Notes: generated by a model not told the origin, from the sequence alone. Shown: positions 33,006 to 47,676, counted from the stretch's first letter. The stretch: 64,000 nucleotides of DNA from Monocercomonoides exilis PA203 (GCA_001643675.2 LSRY02000007.1:1612001-1676000); one strand, 5' to 3'. Program-made: numbers and translations.

Positions 33006-34229
33006 TTTTTGTTTTTTATTATCGAATGTGATTAACTGATGATACGTATTTTCTTTTGCCGATTTATGAAACTTTTTTTCTTCAAATCTCAATCTCCACT
33101 ATTTGATTTGAAATAGAGCGTGAAAAAAAGAAACGTGATACCCACTCACACAGAAATAATATCTGATTATGGCCAACAATCAGTCGTCGTTGAAATTCGA
33201 AAAATATTTACTGATCTATCTTTCTGTTTTCACCAACTGAATGGATTTGTCAGTTATGAATTTGGCTTGCTTCTTCATAATCTTTTATCCACAGCTGCAA
33301 CTCATAGTGGAAAACCATAATCCATAGAATCCAATGAAAAGAAATCGTTTAATTATCGTTCAAAAACCGGGGAATCTTTCAAAAACGTGAATTTCAAGAA
33401 AAAGATAAATGCGATTTTTTCTTTATGAAGCATTTTCAATTATGTTTTTATTCCTCATTGAATATTGACTTCAATTTTCCATCAAAAAAAGATCATATTT
33501 CGTTTTTAGTTCAATTCTCATTGTTTTGAAAATCAATTTGAAACTTTGCTCATTTCTCAAAAAGAAATATAAAAAAATCAATACAAACAATTCTCTGAAT
33601 GACTTTAATTGTTCGATGCATTCTTCACAATTGCTTTCCTTGTTGCACAAACAAAAAATCATAATTTATTCCAACTTTTTTTTCTATCATGATCTAATGA
33701 CAAACTCTTTTTAATGACTATTAAAAAAAAGTTTTCACTGCATGAGTTTAAGTGGTGATATGCTTTTGTTGATATAGGTCAGTTTAAAACAATTTCTCAA
33801 AAAGCATGTGAACTGCGAAAAGATCGCATCAAAATGAGAAAAGTTACTATTGATTCTGGCACAATATCAAACAGATCTTGATATGGAGGAATTGTTGCAG
33901 AGAACCAGAAAAGGCCTGCGGAAGTGAACTGAAAACAGCCATGGATTACACCTAATCTATTTGAAAAAATTAATTACCATATATTTGCTCTTTATTTTAA
34001 AGGGGAAATAAATAGAGTGAAGAAAGTTAACATAATGGTTTCTGTGATTTATTATCAAAAGAATAAAACTATATTTTGAAAATTTCAGTTTTTGGAACAT
34101 ATCGAGCATTTTTGCACAACGAAGAAGTGATAATTCCATGTTTAACAGCAGCATATTATGCAATTCAGAAAAGTTCAATATTGAAGTCATCTGTTAAAAA
34201 TTAATCGGACACTTCAAAAATTTCTTCCG

Positions 34230-35290
34230 AATCTTCTTATTCCGTTAGATAATTGTTTGATGAACTTTCACAGATTGTGAATGAGAAAGAAATTGTTGTA
34301 TCAGGCATCTATTGCTTCGATGAAACTTCACTTCATTTGGGTGAGGATTCTTGCAAACTTGTGGTTTGTTAATAAAATAAATGACACCATTTTTTTCGTC
34401 TCTAAAAAAAACTTCTCACTCGATCTTGTGCTTGTTGACCTTCATGGATGACTCATATTTGTCATCTTTTCTCTTTTTTCTGCAAAAAATATGCATTTAC
34501 AATATATTTTGAACTTTCTTTATTCATCATCATCAACATATTTTCTTCATCGTGCAAATTCATTACGTTAATCTTCTAAAAAATAATACAAAAAAACTGG
34601 CTTATTTCAATTGAAGAAAAAACGAAAATAGTGGGTATTAAATCATCATCATTTCAAAAGGATAACCAATCTTCTCACAGCAGTGAAGCAATGGATATTT
34701 TTGCCAAAAAGAAAAAATATCATCATTTAAAAAGTTTCTGAAAATTTTTCCACATATTTTCCGATTGAACGATAATTCAATTACTGTGCAGTTCAAGAAA
34801 AAAATAACAACAGCTTCAAAATCACAATTGATTGTTATTCTGACGCATTTCATTCCGTTGTCTTCGATATGTGTGATTATTTATCAAAACATATTTTTTC
34901 ATTCATTATTTTCGATTGGAAAGTTTTCCTTGAATGTTTGGAAATGAACACGGAAAAGTGAACGGGCAAATTCAAGAGATCATCGTATTTATTTCTGCTT
35001 TCACATTTGAATTTAAAATTATCGCGATGAATTTAGCAATAGAATTCAAAACCTCTTCACAATAATCAACAACCTTGGAAAAATCAATACACCGAAAAGA
35101 GTTATGATTTCAAAAATAATCTCTTTTATTCTACGAGAAGATCTTTCTGCAGCTTCAACTCTTTCAAATATGAAACGTGCATTCAAACAAACAGGTTTTT
35201 TTCAGGTCAAAGCTGTACCGGTATTGGGAAGAAAAAGTGGTGAACGACAAAGAAACCAATCATTATGCGCGAAGAAAAACACAAAACAAT
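34230..35290 (+). pseudogene. possible heavily decayed pogo/DDE_1 transposase relic
   Basis: IYCFDETSL at ~34308-34335 resembles the first DDE_1 motif. The remainder is riddled with stops. Confidence 0.3.
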
Positions 35291-35554
35291 AATATGGAAG
35301 ATTTTTTCCAACGAAAAAGAAATGTGAACTTAAAGCAATAGCGATCATGAAAATTGATAATGAAAAAGGAAATACATTTGAGAATTGAAATGATTTGGAA
35401 AACCAAAAGTATTTTACAATCGTTTTTATGTAATTTTTAATAAAAAAGAAAATAAAACGTTAGTGAAATGATTTTTGGTGTTGGCACGTCTGAGCTTCTT
35501 ATGCAATTTGCGATGATAGAAATTAACTTCATGATGAAATAATAGATAAAATTA

Positions 35555-38500
35555 AATTGAAACTTTTGGGTGGACGAATTTTTTGAAATTGTTTTTTATT
35601 GTTGAAAAAAATCAATTTTGAAAAATCACCCATAAATATTCCAATTTTTAATTAAAATAAATAAATAAAGATAATTTCTTATTAATAAATACATGCAATG
35701 ATTTTAATTGTTATATTAACCTTTTGTATCAATAAATTTCTGAGAAATAAAACATTTTTCAAAAATTAAAATTAAAATCAAAAATTTTTGATCAATCCCA
35801 CAATTAACTTTTTTATTTCTAAAAATTAAGTATAAGCTTTTTATTTTGATGCATAGGGCGCACACTTTCCAAAGTATTTCAATTTGAATATATAAATATT
35901 ATATTTTTGTGTGCACTGATTGTTCTTTTAAATATTCTTCTTCTGTTAACAAATATTGATTGTTTGAATATGAAGCTGATAATTTTGCAATGTGAAACTT
36001 CATGAGTCCAACATTGGTGAAATCTGTTAAAGAATTATTGACAATTTAGAATTATATGTGCTATGTGATAATTATTATTGTTTAAAAAGAAAATCATTCA
36101 TTTGCATTTCAAAAAAATCATATACTTCGTTTCTGTGAACGAAATAATCGCAGAAAAAAAGCTGAATGAAACGAAAAAGGAGGTGTGTTGTTGAAATCTT
36201 TATCAAGACACACTTCGAAGTCGTACGCATGTGGAAATTATTGATTGATGAGAAGTCGAAATGAAGATAATGAAATGGAAATAGAAAAGAAATTATAATG
36301 ATGAAGAAGATTTGAATGAGGAAAAGAATCCAATTGGCGCAGATGATTGAAAAGATGATTTCATAAAGGAAACTTTAACATTTATAGTCGATGAATTTGA
36401 TTATTTAAGGTAAAAGGTTAGAAAAAAATTAGAATAACTGATAACAAAAAGTGAAAGAAGAGATATAGGAAAATAAGTGTTGACTGATGTGTATATTGAG
36501 TTTCGATGTTGAAGTTGAAAAAGTTAACAAAGTGGAACATTATATTTTTTGTTGTTGATTTTTCTTCTATTATTTTGACTGTTTTTTCAAAAATTTAACA
36601 TTTCAGAAGAATATTATTCAAATTTTTATTAGGGAAGTTATTTAAAAATTGGTACACATTTTTTTGCAACTCATTATTTATGAGAGCAATGTCTTGGAAT
36701 TATTATATATTTTTGGCTTTCTTATTATAAAATATTCATTATTCCTTTGAAACGCTCATCATTTAAAAAGAATGATACAAGAATACTCGCTGATTGTCAC
36801 TTGAAAATAAACAGTCATGCACTTTATTCTATCTCCCTCACTTACACATCCATCGATCACAAGCGCTTTAAGAAATAAACAAGAATCTTCGATTGTGCCT
36901 CCATCCATCAATTTCACTTTTTTTTTCTCCTTCTGTTCCATTTCTGTCAATGCTATCATTTTAACTTTTCATCGATTGGGACAAAAAGATCTCATCTCCA
37001 CAATCCCAATTCATCATATCTACATTCTTCCCGATCCCCACTTCCCATTCAACACTCCTCCATTCCCATTCTCTCTCTGAATTGATTTGAATGTTCAGTT
37101 TCAGATTTTAGCATTAATCCCTTCTCCAATCTCAATCTCATTTCCATTCTCAAAACGAGATTCATTCATCGTCGTGTTTTTAATCTCAACATCTCCTCCA
37201 TTTCTCAGCTCAAATAAGCTTCTTCCCACATTTTCTCTTGTCACATTCCTCACAATCACCTTATCAATCAATCCTCCAACCCCTACTCCATCAAAAGTCA
37301 CCATCCCTAATTTGGTCATTGCAAAATCTCCAAATTCACATTTCACCAGCTCCACTCTCCCTCCTTTCCCACAAATCAATCCCACTCCAATCTCTTGTAA
37401 TTCTGCTCCAAATGAACATTTCTCAAATCTCAATGTGCTTGAACTGCACAGAAATACATACTCCTTTCTTGATTCGGCAAATGTTGATATCGAAAATGCC
37501 AATGACGAAAACGATATTGCTCGTTCGCTCTTTATCAAAAATACGTTTTCTCCTCCTTCGCAAATTCCAATTTTTGCCTTTGCAACATTTCCATAAATGT
37601 TCATTTTTTGAGCGCTGAGCGTCATTTTATCGAAAATAGAACTTTCATCAACAAGTTTCAGTGTTGCTGGCGATGTGTCAAACACACTTATTCCTTCATA
37701 TATCAAAGTTGAGCACGGAAAGTCCAGATATCCGTGCTAATGATAGCCCATCCCTCCATTTTCCACATTTACAAACGCAACATTGTTTCTCTCGTCGATC
37801 AAACTGAATTTGACTTTTATTGATCAACGATGTGATATTGTAACATTCAATGAAAATATCATTCCCCACTCTTGCTGTATTAGCTCTAAACTTCATCCCC
37901 ATAAATGTGAAATCCTATTTTCCTCTTTTCTTTATTGGCAAATATGCTCCTCATTTCCTATTGAAGCAGCTACAATGACTGATTTTTCTGTTAATCAACC
38001 CATTGATCCAGATGCTCCCAATATGAAGAATATTGTTCCTCCCTTTTCATTTGATATCATACTGTTTGCAACATACCTAATTGAAAATATTACAAATATA
38101 TGACATAATTTGATTAAATGTAAAACATTCTCAAAAATTTCAGAAAAATTATTCTTTTAACGTTTTTCTATATTGTCAATAATTCTTTAACAGATTTCAC
38201 CAATGTTGGACTCATGAAGTTTCACATTGCAAAATTATCAGCTTCATATTCAAACAATCAATATTTGTTAACAGAAGAAGAATATTTAAAAGAACAATCA
38301 GTGCACACAAAAATATAATATTTATATATTCAAATTGAAATACTTTGGAAAGTGTGCGCCCTATGCATCAAAATAAAAAGCTTATACTTAATTTTTAGAA
38401 ATAAAAAAGTTAATTGTGGGATTGATCAAAAATTTTTGATTTTAATTTTAATTTTTGAAAAATGTTTTATTTCTCAGAAATTTATTGATACAAAAGGTTA

Positions 38501-38662
38501 ATATAACAATTAAAATCATTGCATGTATTTATTAATAAGAAATTATCTTTATTTATTTATTTTAATTAAAAATTGGAATATTTATGGGTGATTTTTCAAA
38601 ATTGATTTTTTTCAACAATAAAAAACAATTTCAAAAAATTCGTCCACCCAAAAGTTTCAATT
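35555..38662. mobile_element. long inverted repeat (two 497-bp arms) enclosing a host-gene fragment
   Basis: 35555-36051 is the near-perfect reverse complement of 38166-38662. The interior carries receptor-family fragments. Confidence 0.8.
36760..38060 (-). pseudogene. fragments of giant beta-helix receptor-family gene(s)
   Basis: EKGGTIFFIL..MGMKFRANTARVGNDIFIECYNITSLINKSQIQFDRRE matches EKGGAIFFTL..GMKFSANTAKVGNDIFIECFNITSQINERQFQFDLRE of the 2640-aa genes. A further beta-rich ORF lies at 37101..37706. Confidence 0.8.
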
Positions 38663-39849
38663 AGGCCTTTGCGACAGACCGACATTTTTTTTCATGGCTC
38701 GACAAGTCGACCGACAAGACAGTTTGCTTGCACTATATTTTTTGATAAGCGAAAAAACAACAAATCAAGATTAAGTTTTTCCATTTTAATTCAATTAATT
38801 TTCATTTTTTAATATATTTTATTTTCAAAGATTCCAACTTACAAATATTTAAATAATTGATATTTAAAAATTTCTATGGGAAATCGACAGATCTTTTTCA
38901 AGATCAGTCAATCGACACAGATCAGCCGTTCGAAAGATCAGTCAGTCGAAAAGATCTATCTGTCGAATAGATATTCTTTTCTGAGAACTTTTCTTTTTAT
39001 TCAGAAATTGACTTTCATAACAATTTTGTTAAAAATATAATTTATTGCAAGAAAAAATTAAAGTTTTTTAAAGAAATTGAGTGTTTATCTGTTTGATATA
39101 ATTTATTTGCAGTCCAAAGCCACACTTTTGCAAAGTACTTCATCAGCCTTCATATTTTATCGTTATCAACGTTATTATTAATCAAAGTTTTTTTGAGAGC
39201 ATTCCATAATAATAACAAATTTTAAGTTATGAAAACAAACTCAGATTTGTGGAAATAGCAAGTTAGCACATGAAAAAGGTTTGACAAAAATCATTGTTCT
39301 AATTATTGTATTCGATAAATAAAGATAGATATTTGACAGAATCGTTATTTCCACTAATGAAGATTTTTCATTATTAGTGAAGATTTGCACATAATAATTC
39401 AAATTACACAACGGAAAGGATCACATTCAAATGGAAATGGAAATAAGCTGTGAAAATTTGGAGATATTTGGAATTCAACTTTGAGACTGGAAATTAGAAA
39501 AAGAAATAACAAACTATTTTGAAGAAGAAAGCTGAATTAACATTGAAAACAAATGGTAAAAATGAAGAATAACAATTTGTTAGGTAATTATTTGTTTTTT
39601 TATGCTCTTTTAACTGTTCATTTATTTTCTCTGCTTCCACCTCTTTCAATCTCTTTAACTTCGCCTTTTTACAACATCTCCTCTTTCCCTCTTTCCAATC
39701 CAACTTCTTCTCCTTCATCTTCTCTTTCCTCTTCTTCTCTTCCTTCTTCTTCTCCTTCTATCCATTTTCCTTCTCCTTTTTCTCTCTCCTTAATCACCTC
39801 AAGCACATCCTAGAAAGTCACTTTATTCAGCCCAAATTCTTGTCTTTAT

Positions 39850-42400
39850 GGCAGCAGTTACAACATTAAGTGCTTCATCATATTCAAAACTAACTCCGAA
39901 ACATGCAATTGCTTCATCAACAGCAGCAACAGCAACAGCAGAAATTCCAGCTGAAGCTTTAACCTCCTCCTGAAACTTCCTTGTCAAGCAATATTTCTCC
40001 TGCGATGAGCCTGCAATCTCATCCTTCTGTTATTTCTTTCAATCAGATGCTTTCTCCATCAATGTCATCTGCTTCACATTCACAATATGAACAACAAATA
40101 ATGCACAAACATATTTTCATTCCATTGTCGACTCGCAGAAAGACTTTGCCACAAAGCGAAGAAAATTTACAAAGAACAGAACAAAATTCTTTTATTTTTT
40201 ATTCTCAGACGCATCTACAGTTAAACAATAGACAATAGCATCAACAGCAACTGACAGCAAATAAGATGCAACACGACAAAATATGCTCGTTTTTCCTCAG
40301 ACGACTTCTCCTCAAAACAGCAGCATATCTACATCACAAGCTTTTTCTGCTTCTTCATCTTCGCCTTTTCCAGCTTCATCGTCCGTCAATGCTATTTCAA
40401 ATGTTGTTTCATTTTTTTCTTTTTATGATGTACTCATCTCTTTGCAAACGTCTTCGATTTCACCTTCAGCTGCACCAGTTAACGTAGATTCGACGCATCT
40501 TTGGATACCGGACACGATTGGCATAGGGCGGAAAGTTGTGTCGAAGCGGCTGCGGGACCTGTAGCAGTGGGCGATCCAGAATGTGCTCGAAAGAATGAGG
40601 AGGAAGCGGGAGAGCTGGAACTGGCAGCACATCAACCAAAAGCGAAGGAGCGACATGTTGCGATATTTGAAAAAGAAGGCGCGGTATTTGCGGTTGATGG
40701 AGCAGGAGGCATCAGACAAGGAAATGAGAGACAGAGTGAAAAAATCCTTTGCAGAGATCAGAGGTGTCTTGATGAGCAAGCACTTCAGAAGGAACAAGAG
40801 GACTTAAGAGAGAATGAGGAATAATTTTCCGGAGGAAGGTGCAAAAGATAATGCTTTGTTTTCGAGACTGATTGAAGAAGACGACAATAAGAAGAAAAAA
40901 GGAAAACAGAAGCGAAAGAAGCACAATCAGATGACTCGAAAGATGCTCTTGACGAAAAAAATCGACAGATTGTTGCAGCCCGTGGCATGGAGAGTGAACG
41001 AAGGAGTTCGGATGGGAGAGAGAGAAAGGGAGATTCAGATGAGGCGAGATAAAGAACAATAGAAGTGGAGAGATAAAGCAATGGAAGCGAAGCGGAAGCA
41101 GCTGAAGATTAAAGAGCGATGGCAACAGAGATGATTGGAGCTGGAAAATGAAGAGAAAGGAAACATTACTGTTGGGAAGATTCTGAGAGACGAGCCAAAG
41201 AGAATGGAAGATCAAGAATGGCCAAAGCGGAAGGAGGAGAAAAAGATACTCTATGAAAATCGAAAACAGGAAGAAGCCGAGTTGAACCGAATCCAATCAA
41301 AACAGAAAGCGGGAAAATCACAAAAATTGGAAGACGAGAAATTTGCGGGAATTTGCGATAAGCTGAAGAAAGAGTTGAATGCGGCTGCTGAATGAGAAGC
41401 AGCTGGATGCTCTGAAAACGATAGAAGATTTTGAGGTGGTGTTCGAGTTTGTTGATGTTCAATCCTTTTAGGTGCTTGTGGACGCGCAGAAGATACGGAA
41501 GGCGAAATGCAGAGGGAAAAGGAGAGAGAAGGAGATAGAAAATGAGAGAGAAGGAGATAGAAAATGAGAGAGAGAGGGAAAGAAAGAGAAAAAGAAAGAG
41601 AAAGAGAACCAACATTAAAAAAGGAGGAAGAAAAAGATCGTTCAGAAAGTGCAAATGATTCATCTTCTAAGAATGAATCTTCTGATGCTCCATCTGTGCT
41701 TCTATCTCCTTCTGCTTCTCAGTCAACACTTAATCGAATAGCAGCTCCTTCTGCAACACGTGATGTTCCTATTCTTGATCCCATCACAGACAACACTCAA
41801 CAAACAGCAAATGCACAAGGCAACCAGCCAATGAGATCGATTTCCCCATCGCCTGCAACTGCGCCTCATCGCTCTACATCGATTCCTCCTTCGTTTTTTC
41901 CTCCTCAATTTCCTGTGTCTATTTCTCCATCTTCTCAGGTTTCTCTTGCATCAAATTCTGCTATTTTTGCACAAAACTGTATGCAATTGTCATTCCCGTC
42001 TTCATCACTCACGCCATTTGCTTCTCTTTCTCCTTTTTCTTCTTCTTCAATTGCTCCTCAAATATTCGACAAAGCTCTCTCTGGAGCAACATCTTCGATA
42101 AGTCCATCTTCATCATCATCATCATCAAATCATCATTTGCCTCAACAACGGCAACAACAGCACCTTCAACAAACAGCTGTGTTCCAGTCCCTTCCTTCTG
42201 ATTTTCAGCCTGATCTTTCTGCTGAAAAATCTTCTGAGTTTGATTGAAGCCAGCTGACGGTAATAAATGCAGAAAGGTCAATCATGTTCATCTTTGAATG
42301 GCTCATCCCTTCTTTTTCTGTTGTTGCAAACGACAGCGCTGATAGAGTCTATGGGAAGGGGTGGATGAAGAATAGCAGGAAGATGCTCAGCGCTGGTTAC
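39850..42400 (+). pseudogene. decayed coiled-coil / Ser-Gln-rich gene inside the TIR element
   Basis: Consecutive plus-strand fragments (40583..40807, 40814..41062, 41135..41395, 41564..42247) separated by TAA/TAG/TGA stops and frameshifts. Confidence 0.5.
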
Positions 42401-42957
42401 AACTCTTCTTTTTCTTCTTCTTTTTCTTCACATTAAAGAAAAACAATTTTTATCATAATTTGTTTCACCTCATCATAATTAAATTGCATTTGACAGACAC
42501 GAATTCAATTTTATTGAAGGCAACTGGCAACAGGCATCTGTCAATTGGAAGCGTCAATTATGGGTCATTAAAAGATGCACAAATAATGAAACAGACAGTT
42601 GAAAATGAAAACAAGCGGCATAACTTCAATTTTCGTTATTTAATATTTTTCTATAATCAAAACAGAAACAGAATATTTTCAAAAATCTAACTTCTGTTTT
42701 CGCAATTCAATTTTTTAATTTTTTTGTTTGATTGCAATATTTTCATTTTTTCTTTTCATCTTCCAAAGTGAAAAAAATAAATTTTGTTTTCAATAATTCT
42801 CTTTTTGGCTTTTTCCTTTCATGATTGAAGTTACAAATATTTTTTTTTCCATAACAATTATTAAACAATTTTTCGTTCATTCAAAAATATATTTTTATCA
42901 AATTTTCATTTCAGAAAGAAATTCAGATACAAGCTGAATATTTCAGAAAAATTTATT

Positions 42958-42960
<3 letters not shown>

Positions 42961-43014
<54 letters not shown>
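42961..43014 (+). repeat. poly(A) tract, 54 nt
   Basis: Uninterrupted A run ending ~55 bp inside the right TIR. Confidence 0.97.
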
Positions 43015-43017
<3 letters not shown>

Positions 43018-45542
43018 CCTCGACATTGGTTTTGCTTTTCGACCGACATGGATCGCTAAATTTTTCCTTGTCGCAAAGGCCTAGATTGAATATTGAATAG
43101 AAATATTTTTTGTGAATATTTTGAATTATTGAAAAGTATTCAATCCTTTTCGAAGCATAATTTTTAAAAAATAATTGGTTTAAACAACAATAATAAATAA
43201 ATAAATGAATAAATTAAAATAACTGACGGACACTGACTGACTTAATCTCACATTTTCCATTATGATACAGATGTTTAGAGTTAAGTATTTTTTTTTTTTT
43301 TTTATTTGCTTTTTGCTTTTTGCTTTTTTTTTAAATTTGATGTCTTTTCATAAATGATTTTTGGTAAACATACTGAACAAAAAATAATCTAAATATTATC
43401 ATCGCTCAATTTGAATAGTTGAAAGGGGGGAAAAAATATGAAGTTTCCATCATAGTGAGACAAAAGAAATTAGAAACATGTTGACAAACATTCATCTTTA
43501 TTAAAACACTGATCGATAACATATGGAAAAGTCTGTCGGAAAAAAGTGTGATTTTTTGAAAACCCAAAATTAAAATTTTTTGAATTTACAAATAATTCAA
43601 GAAATTCATCAAAAATCACCCGCATATGTTCCAATTCCATTTGTGCAACTATTTGCAGATGTCTGCCATTCCGCCTTCATTCACGTGCTCATCAAAAAAG
43701 AATAAAAGCAAACATCTTTTGAAAGGCCACTTATCTTTCCATTCATTCACTCTCATATTTCCAATCGCAAATAAAACCATTCATTTGATCCTCTGCCGCG
43801 CAGAAATAATTGTCTCGTAAAATATCACTCCAATTGCTGTTCTTCTGTTTTTGTGTCTGAGTGTCAACTGCTTTGGAACAACCTCTCTCTCCAAAGAGGC
43901 CTTTGCGTGTGCAAATCGCTTTGTTGAGAGAAACAGTTGGCTCACGTGACAATCTGATCTCATTCTTCTCTGATGCAAAAAATACTTCTGCTTTTCAGTC
44001 TTTCCCCAATTTAAAACAAAAAATCCCAATTTTTCCTTTTTCTTCTCCTTTCTCCCCTTCACTTCCTTTCTGTCAAATTGCATGTTCATTCATCTTCATC
44101 AATTATATCCTGCCTCTCTTCTTTCTCCTCTTTTTCCCTCTCCTCCCTGTGCTCCGCTTCCCTCTTTCCCCCTTTCTTTTGGGCAACTTTTCGCCTACAA
44201 CACAAATTCCTCTCCTTATTTCAGAGACCTTTCACTCTGCACTCAATTCTGCCACCCCGCAAGAAGGACAATGCTTGTCATGACAGCTTCCATCAGATGC
44301 TTCTGCCAAACGATTTTGGAAATGACAAAGAGGAACGATGAATCACACGAAAAGTCTGATGCATTCTGAATGCGAATCCTCAGAAAGCACATCTGCTCTG
44401 GTGAAGACACCGCTTCTGTCAAACATTCCGAACATCAGAAACGAGCAAATGACTTTTTGCCAAAAAGCTCATTTTTGGCATAAACCAGGTTAAAAGGCAT
44501 CCAAAGAAGATGGAAGAATTCGATGCTTCGCTTTTGAATGCAACACAAACAGGCAAAGTCACAAAATTTCTGGTTCTTTTGACAAGAATTTCAGTGCTTT
44601 TCTTCTGCCTCTCCCTTTCGTAGCAAAGCTGGACTCATTGAAAGATCTTCCTTTCAAAAAACTATTCAACCATCTGTTTTGTCTTTCAATAGTTTCCATT
44701 TGTAATTGTCTGTAACTTACAAGCTCATCCAGTTTTCTTGTCCTCCCAAATAGCTTGTCAGCACAAAATTAAATAAGTGGAAGACAATTTATCAGCTCTC
44801 AGGCACAGAATAGCATCTGAAGTTGAGAATCCATCTTGAGATCGTTTGTTGAGCCAGACGAAAATGCACACTCTTCAAACGCAGCAGGATGGTTATCATT
44901 TTTCAAAATCTTTTCAAACCCCAAATCTCCAATGATGGTCAGCATGACTGTTTCCAATATTTTTCTGCTCAAAATTTCACTCAACTTGCTTCATCAGTTG
45001 TCCAACAGATAATTGCATTCCTTTTCGATAAAATGCAGGTTTCCCGATGATCACTGAAACTAAATCCTACGCATCGCTTTCAAGGCGTGCTGTCTGTGAG
45101 TTGCATTTCACATGAAATGAGCAAGCTATCCAATCGAATCTTTCAGACACATTTCGTTCACATTTTTGGATGTTAATCATTCCAATTCTGCATTTGAAAA
45201 GGCTCAGCAGGTGTTTCCAAACATTTTTTGTAACATGCGACAGCAAATTTAATTTTTTGACAAAATTATTATTCAATTCCATTTTCGCAAACAGCAAATG
45301 CAAATAGCCCCAAGCTGTTCCTTTTGCAAAAAGATATATTCCCTTTCGTCTGTGCAACAACTCGCATTTTTGCATCTGTTCCACAGCCGCTAAACAGTTC
45401 GAACCTTTTCTGTTCGCGATAATCACAAAACAAGAATCATTCACATTTTAAAAAATTATAGGTTGATAACCCTTATTTATATATCCGAAATACAGAATAT
45501 TTTTTATTCTTGAATTCGCTTGTTTTGAGGCAATAGAAAAAG

Positions 45543-47103
45543 ATGGAAAAGGAAGAAGTATTCAATGCTTATTTGCTAGATATTACAACGGGAGTTATAG
45601 TATTTTTTTGATTTGAACATTCCTTGAATTACACGAAAATAAATTTGTTTGCTTTTTTTATTTTTATTTTGCGATTGCACAGACGCATTCAAGGGAGCAA
45701 ATATTTCTGGGTGTGCCAGATCTTTGAGCAGACGAATGGACGATTAATTTATTTTGATAATTTATTTTTTGAAAATTTAAACTTTCCAGAAGATCTGTCG
45801 CAACTGACAAATTGCACTGATTCAGAGCAAAAAGCGAAAATTGAGGAAATTGTTGGAATAGTTATGAAGATGAGCACACTTGAACTGAGCTCCATTTTAA
45901 AGACAGAAAATTTCGATAAAATAAACAAAATGCTCGATGAAAAGAAACTGTCGTTGGAGAATGCTGTTGTGTTGCTGAAGTGCATAGGATATTGCAAAGA
46001 GGTGGCAAATATATGGAGTCATTGCTTTAATGAATCTCCATTGAACGAAAGATTTGAGGGGATAATAATTGAATAACAGAAAAAAGAAGAAAAGAAAGAA
46101 AAGCTTTTGATCGATCTTTGCGAATGTTATTTAATGTTGCATAATTGTATAGGAATCACGTCAAAAGAAATTGTTTTAATTAGCGTGCCTTACCTTCTGA
46201 AGGTTGCATTGAACAAGGAGAAAAGCGAAGAAACGCGAAAAGAGGTGGAAATGGCTTTGCTGGCTTTGAGAAACATAGACAAATTTACAGTGTGGAATTG
46301 TTTCTTCTTTGTTTATTTGTTGTCATTTTCTTATTTACTGTCAGTATTTGAAGGAAAAACTGTACTTGAGCGAGATTAAAGAAATTATCCAATATCATCA
46401 GGAACAACGGAATCTAACTCGCCTTGCCTATCAGTCTGCTTGGCAATTTTTGATGTACCGATTTCTCAGCGACGAACTCTTCAAAAGAGTCATTGAGAAT
46501 GAACTGCATTTTGGAAGAGAGGTAATAAGAGAATTGGAAGAGCTAAATGCACTTGTGGATTGGAAGAGAAAAGATAAAGAAGAAAAAACAAAGGAAGAGA
46601 TATTGATAAAGAGATGGCTGAAAGTGCTTTATAAATGCCGTTGCTATTTCTACATGATGCTGAAAGAAGAGTTTGTTAAGCTATTGGAATTGGTTACAAG
46701 GCTATACTGGGAAACAAAAGATTGCGATTATTCAATGCGAAAGTTGTGCATTACTCTTTTGAAATTTCTAACTGACGAAAATATAACATCAGATTCTGTT
46801 GTTTCGGAAAGCGGAGTTGTTGACATTGCCTTGGGGGAGCTGCAGGAGCCAACGTTGGACCATGGCATAATTGAGATCTGTCTCAGAATATTATCAATCC
46901 TTTCAGTGAGATTGAACAAATGGACAGATAAAGAATTAGCGAAGGCAGAATGGAAGAAGATCCAAATTGGAATGTTTGAAAAGATGGAAGAAGAAGGATA
47001 CGAAGATTATATAACGAGCTTTCACGAAACACTTTCTTTATTAAGCACGCGAATCTGGTTAAGAATATATGAAAAATCATTTGATTATTATATAAACATA
47101 TAA
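45543..47103 (+). pseudogene. helical-repeat lineage-specific family member with probable premature stop
   Basis: Protein-like segments VEMALLAL, AYQSAWQFL, ELHFGRE, MEEEGYED. Intron-like T-rich gaps near 45590-45790 and 46290-46345. In-frame TAA at 46074-46076 within an E/K-rich stretch. Confidence 0.6.
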
Positions 47104-47472
47104 AAGGCATTTGCAAAACTGTCTTGGAATTGCCAAAAGAAGCAGCAGCAGCAGCAGAAGAAGAAGAAGATATTCAGTTCAGAAATAACATCCGCAGAAG
47201 GACTTTACATGAATGCTCAGCAAAACAACTCATTTTGCATCCATTTTGTCTTGTTTCTTTTCTTTTTCTCCTCTCCACTGTCACAACCTCGTTGATGCTG
47301 ATCATCAACAAATTCTTCTTTCTCATCTGCCAATGAGGCTGCACTTCTCACTGCCAACCTGCAAAACTCATTGCATTCTGAAGAGACTTCCATTCCTTTT
47401 CACACTTCGCCCAACACCTCATCAATATTCGCACACTCATCTCTTTTGATTTCAACAATTGCATTCACATGA

Positions 47473-47473
47473 G

Positions 47474-47504
<31 letters not shown>

Positions 47505-47676
47505 CTCTTCTTCTTGTTCTTCTTCTTCTTCTCCTCCTCCTCCTCCTTCCTCGTCATCATCATCATCATCATCATCATCGTTGTCTTCTTCTTCTTCTTC
47601 GTCTTCGTCTTCTTCGTCTTCGTCTTCAAATTCTTCTTCTTCCTCCTCCTCCTCCTCTTCTTCTTCCTCCTCCTCA
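47473..47676 (-). repeat. mixed trinucleotide (GAA/GAG/GAT/GAC) low-complexity tract, poly-Glu/Asp
   Basis: tct/tcc/tca/tcg runs on the plus strand; part of a decayed minus-strand ORF at 47400..47822. Confidence 0.85.

Larger units (their letters stand above)
38664..43081. mobile_element. non-autonomous DNA-transposon-like element, 13-bp TIR, TA-flanked, with cargo
   Basis: TA|GGCCTTTGCGACA ... TGTCGCAAAGGCC|TA. (T/C)CGAC motifs near both ends; gatcagtcagtcga-like repeats at 38884-38972. No transposase visible. Confidence 0.75.
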
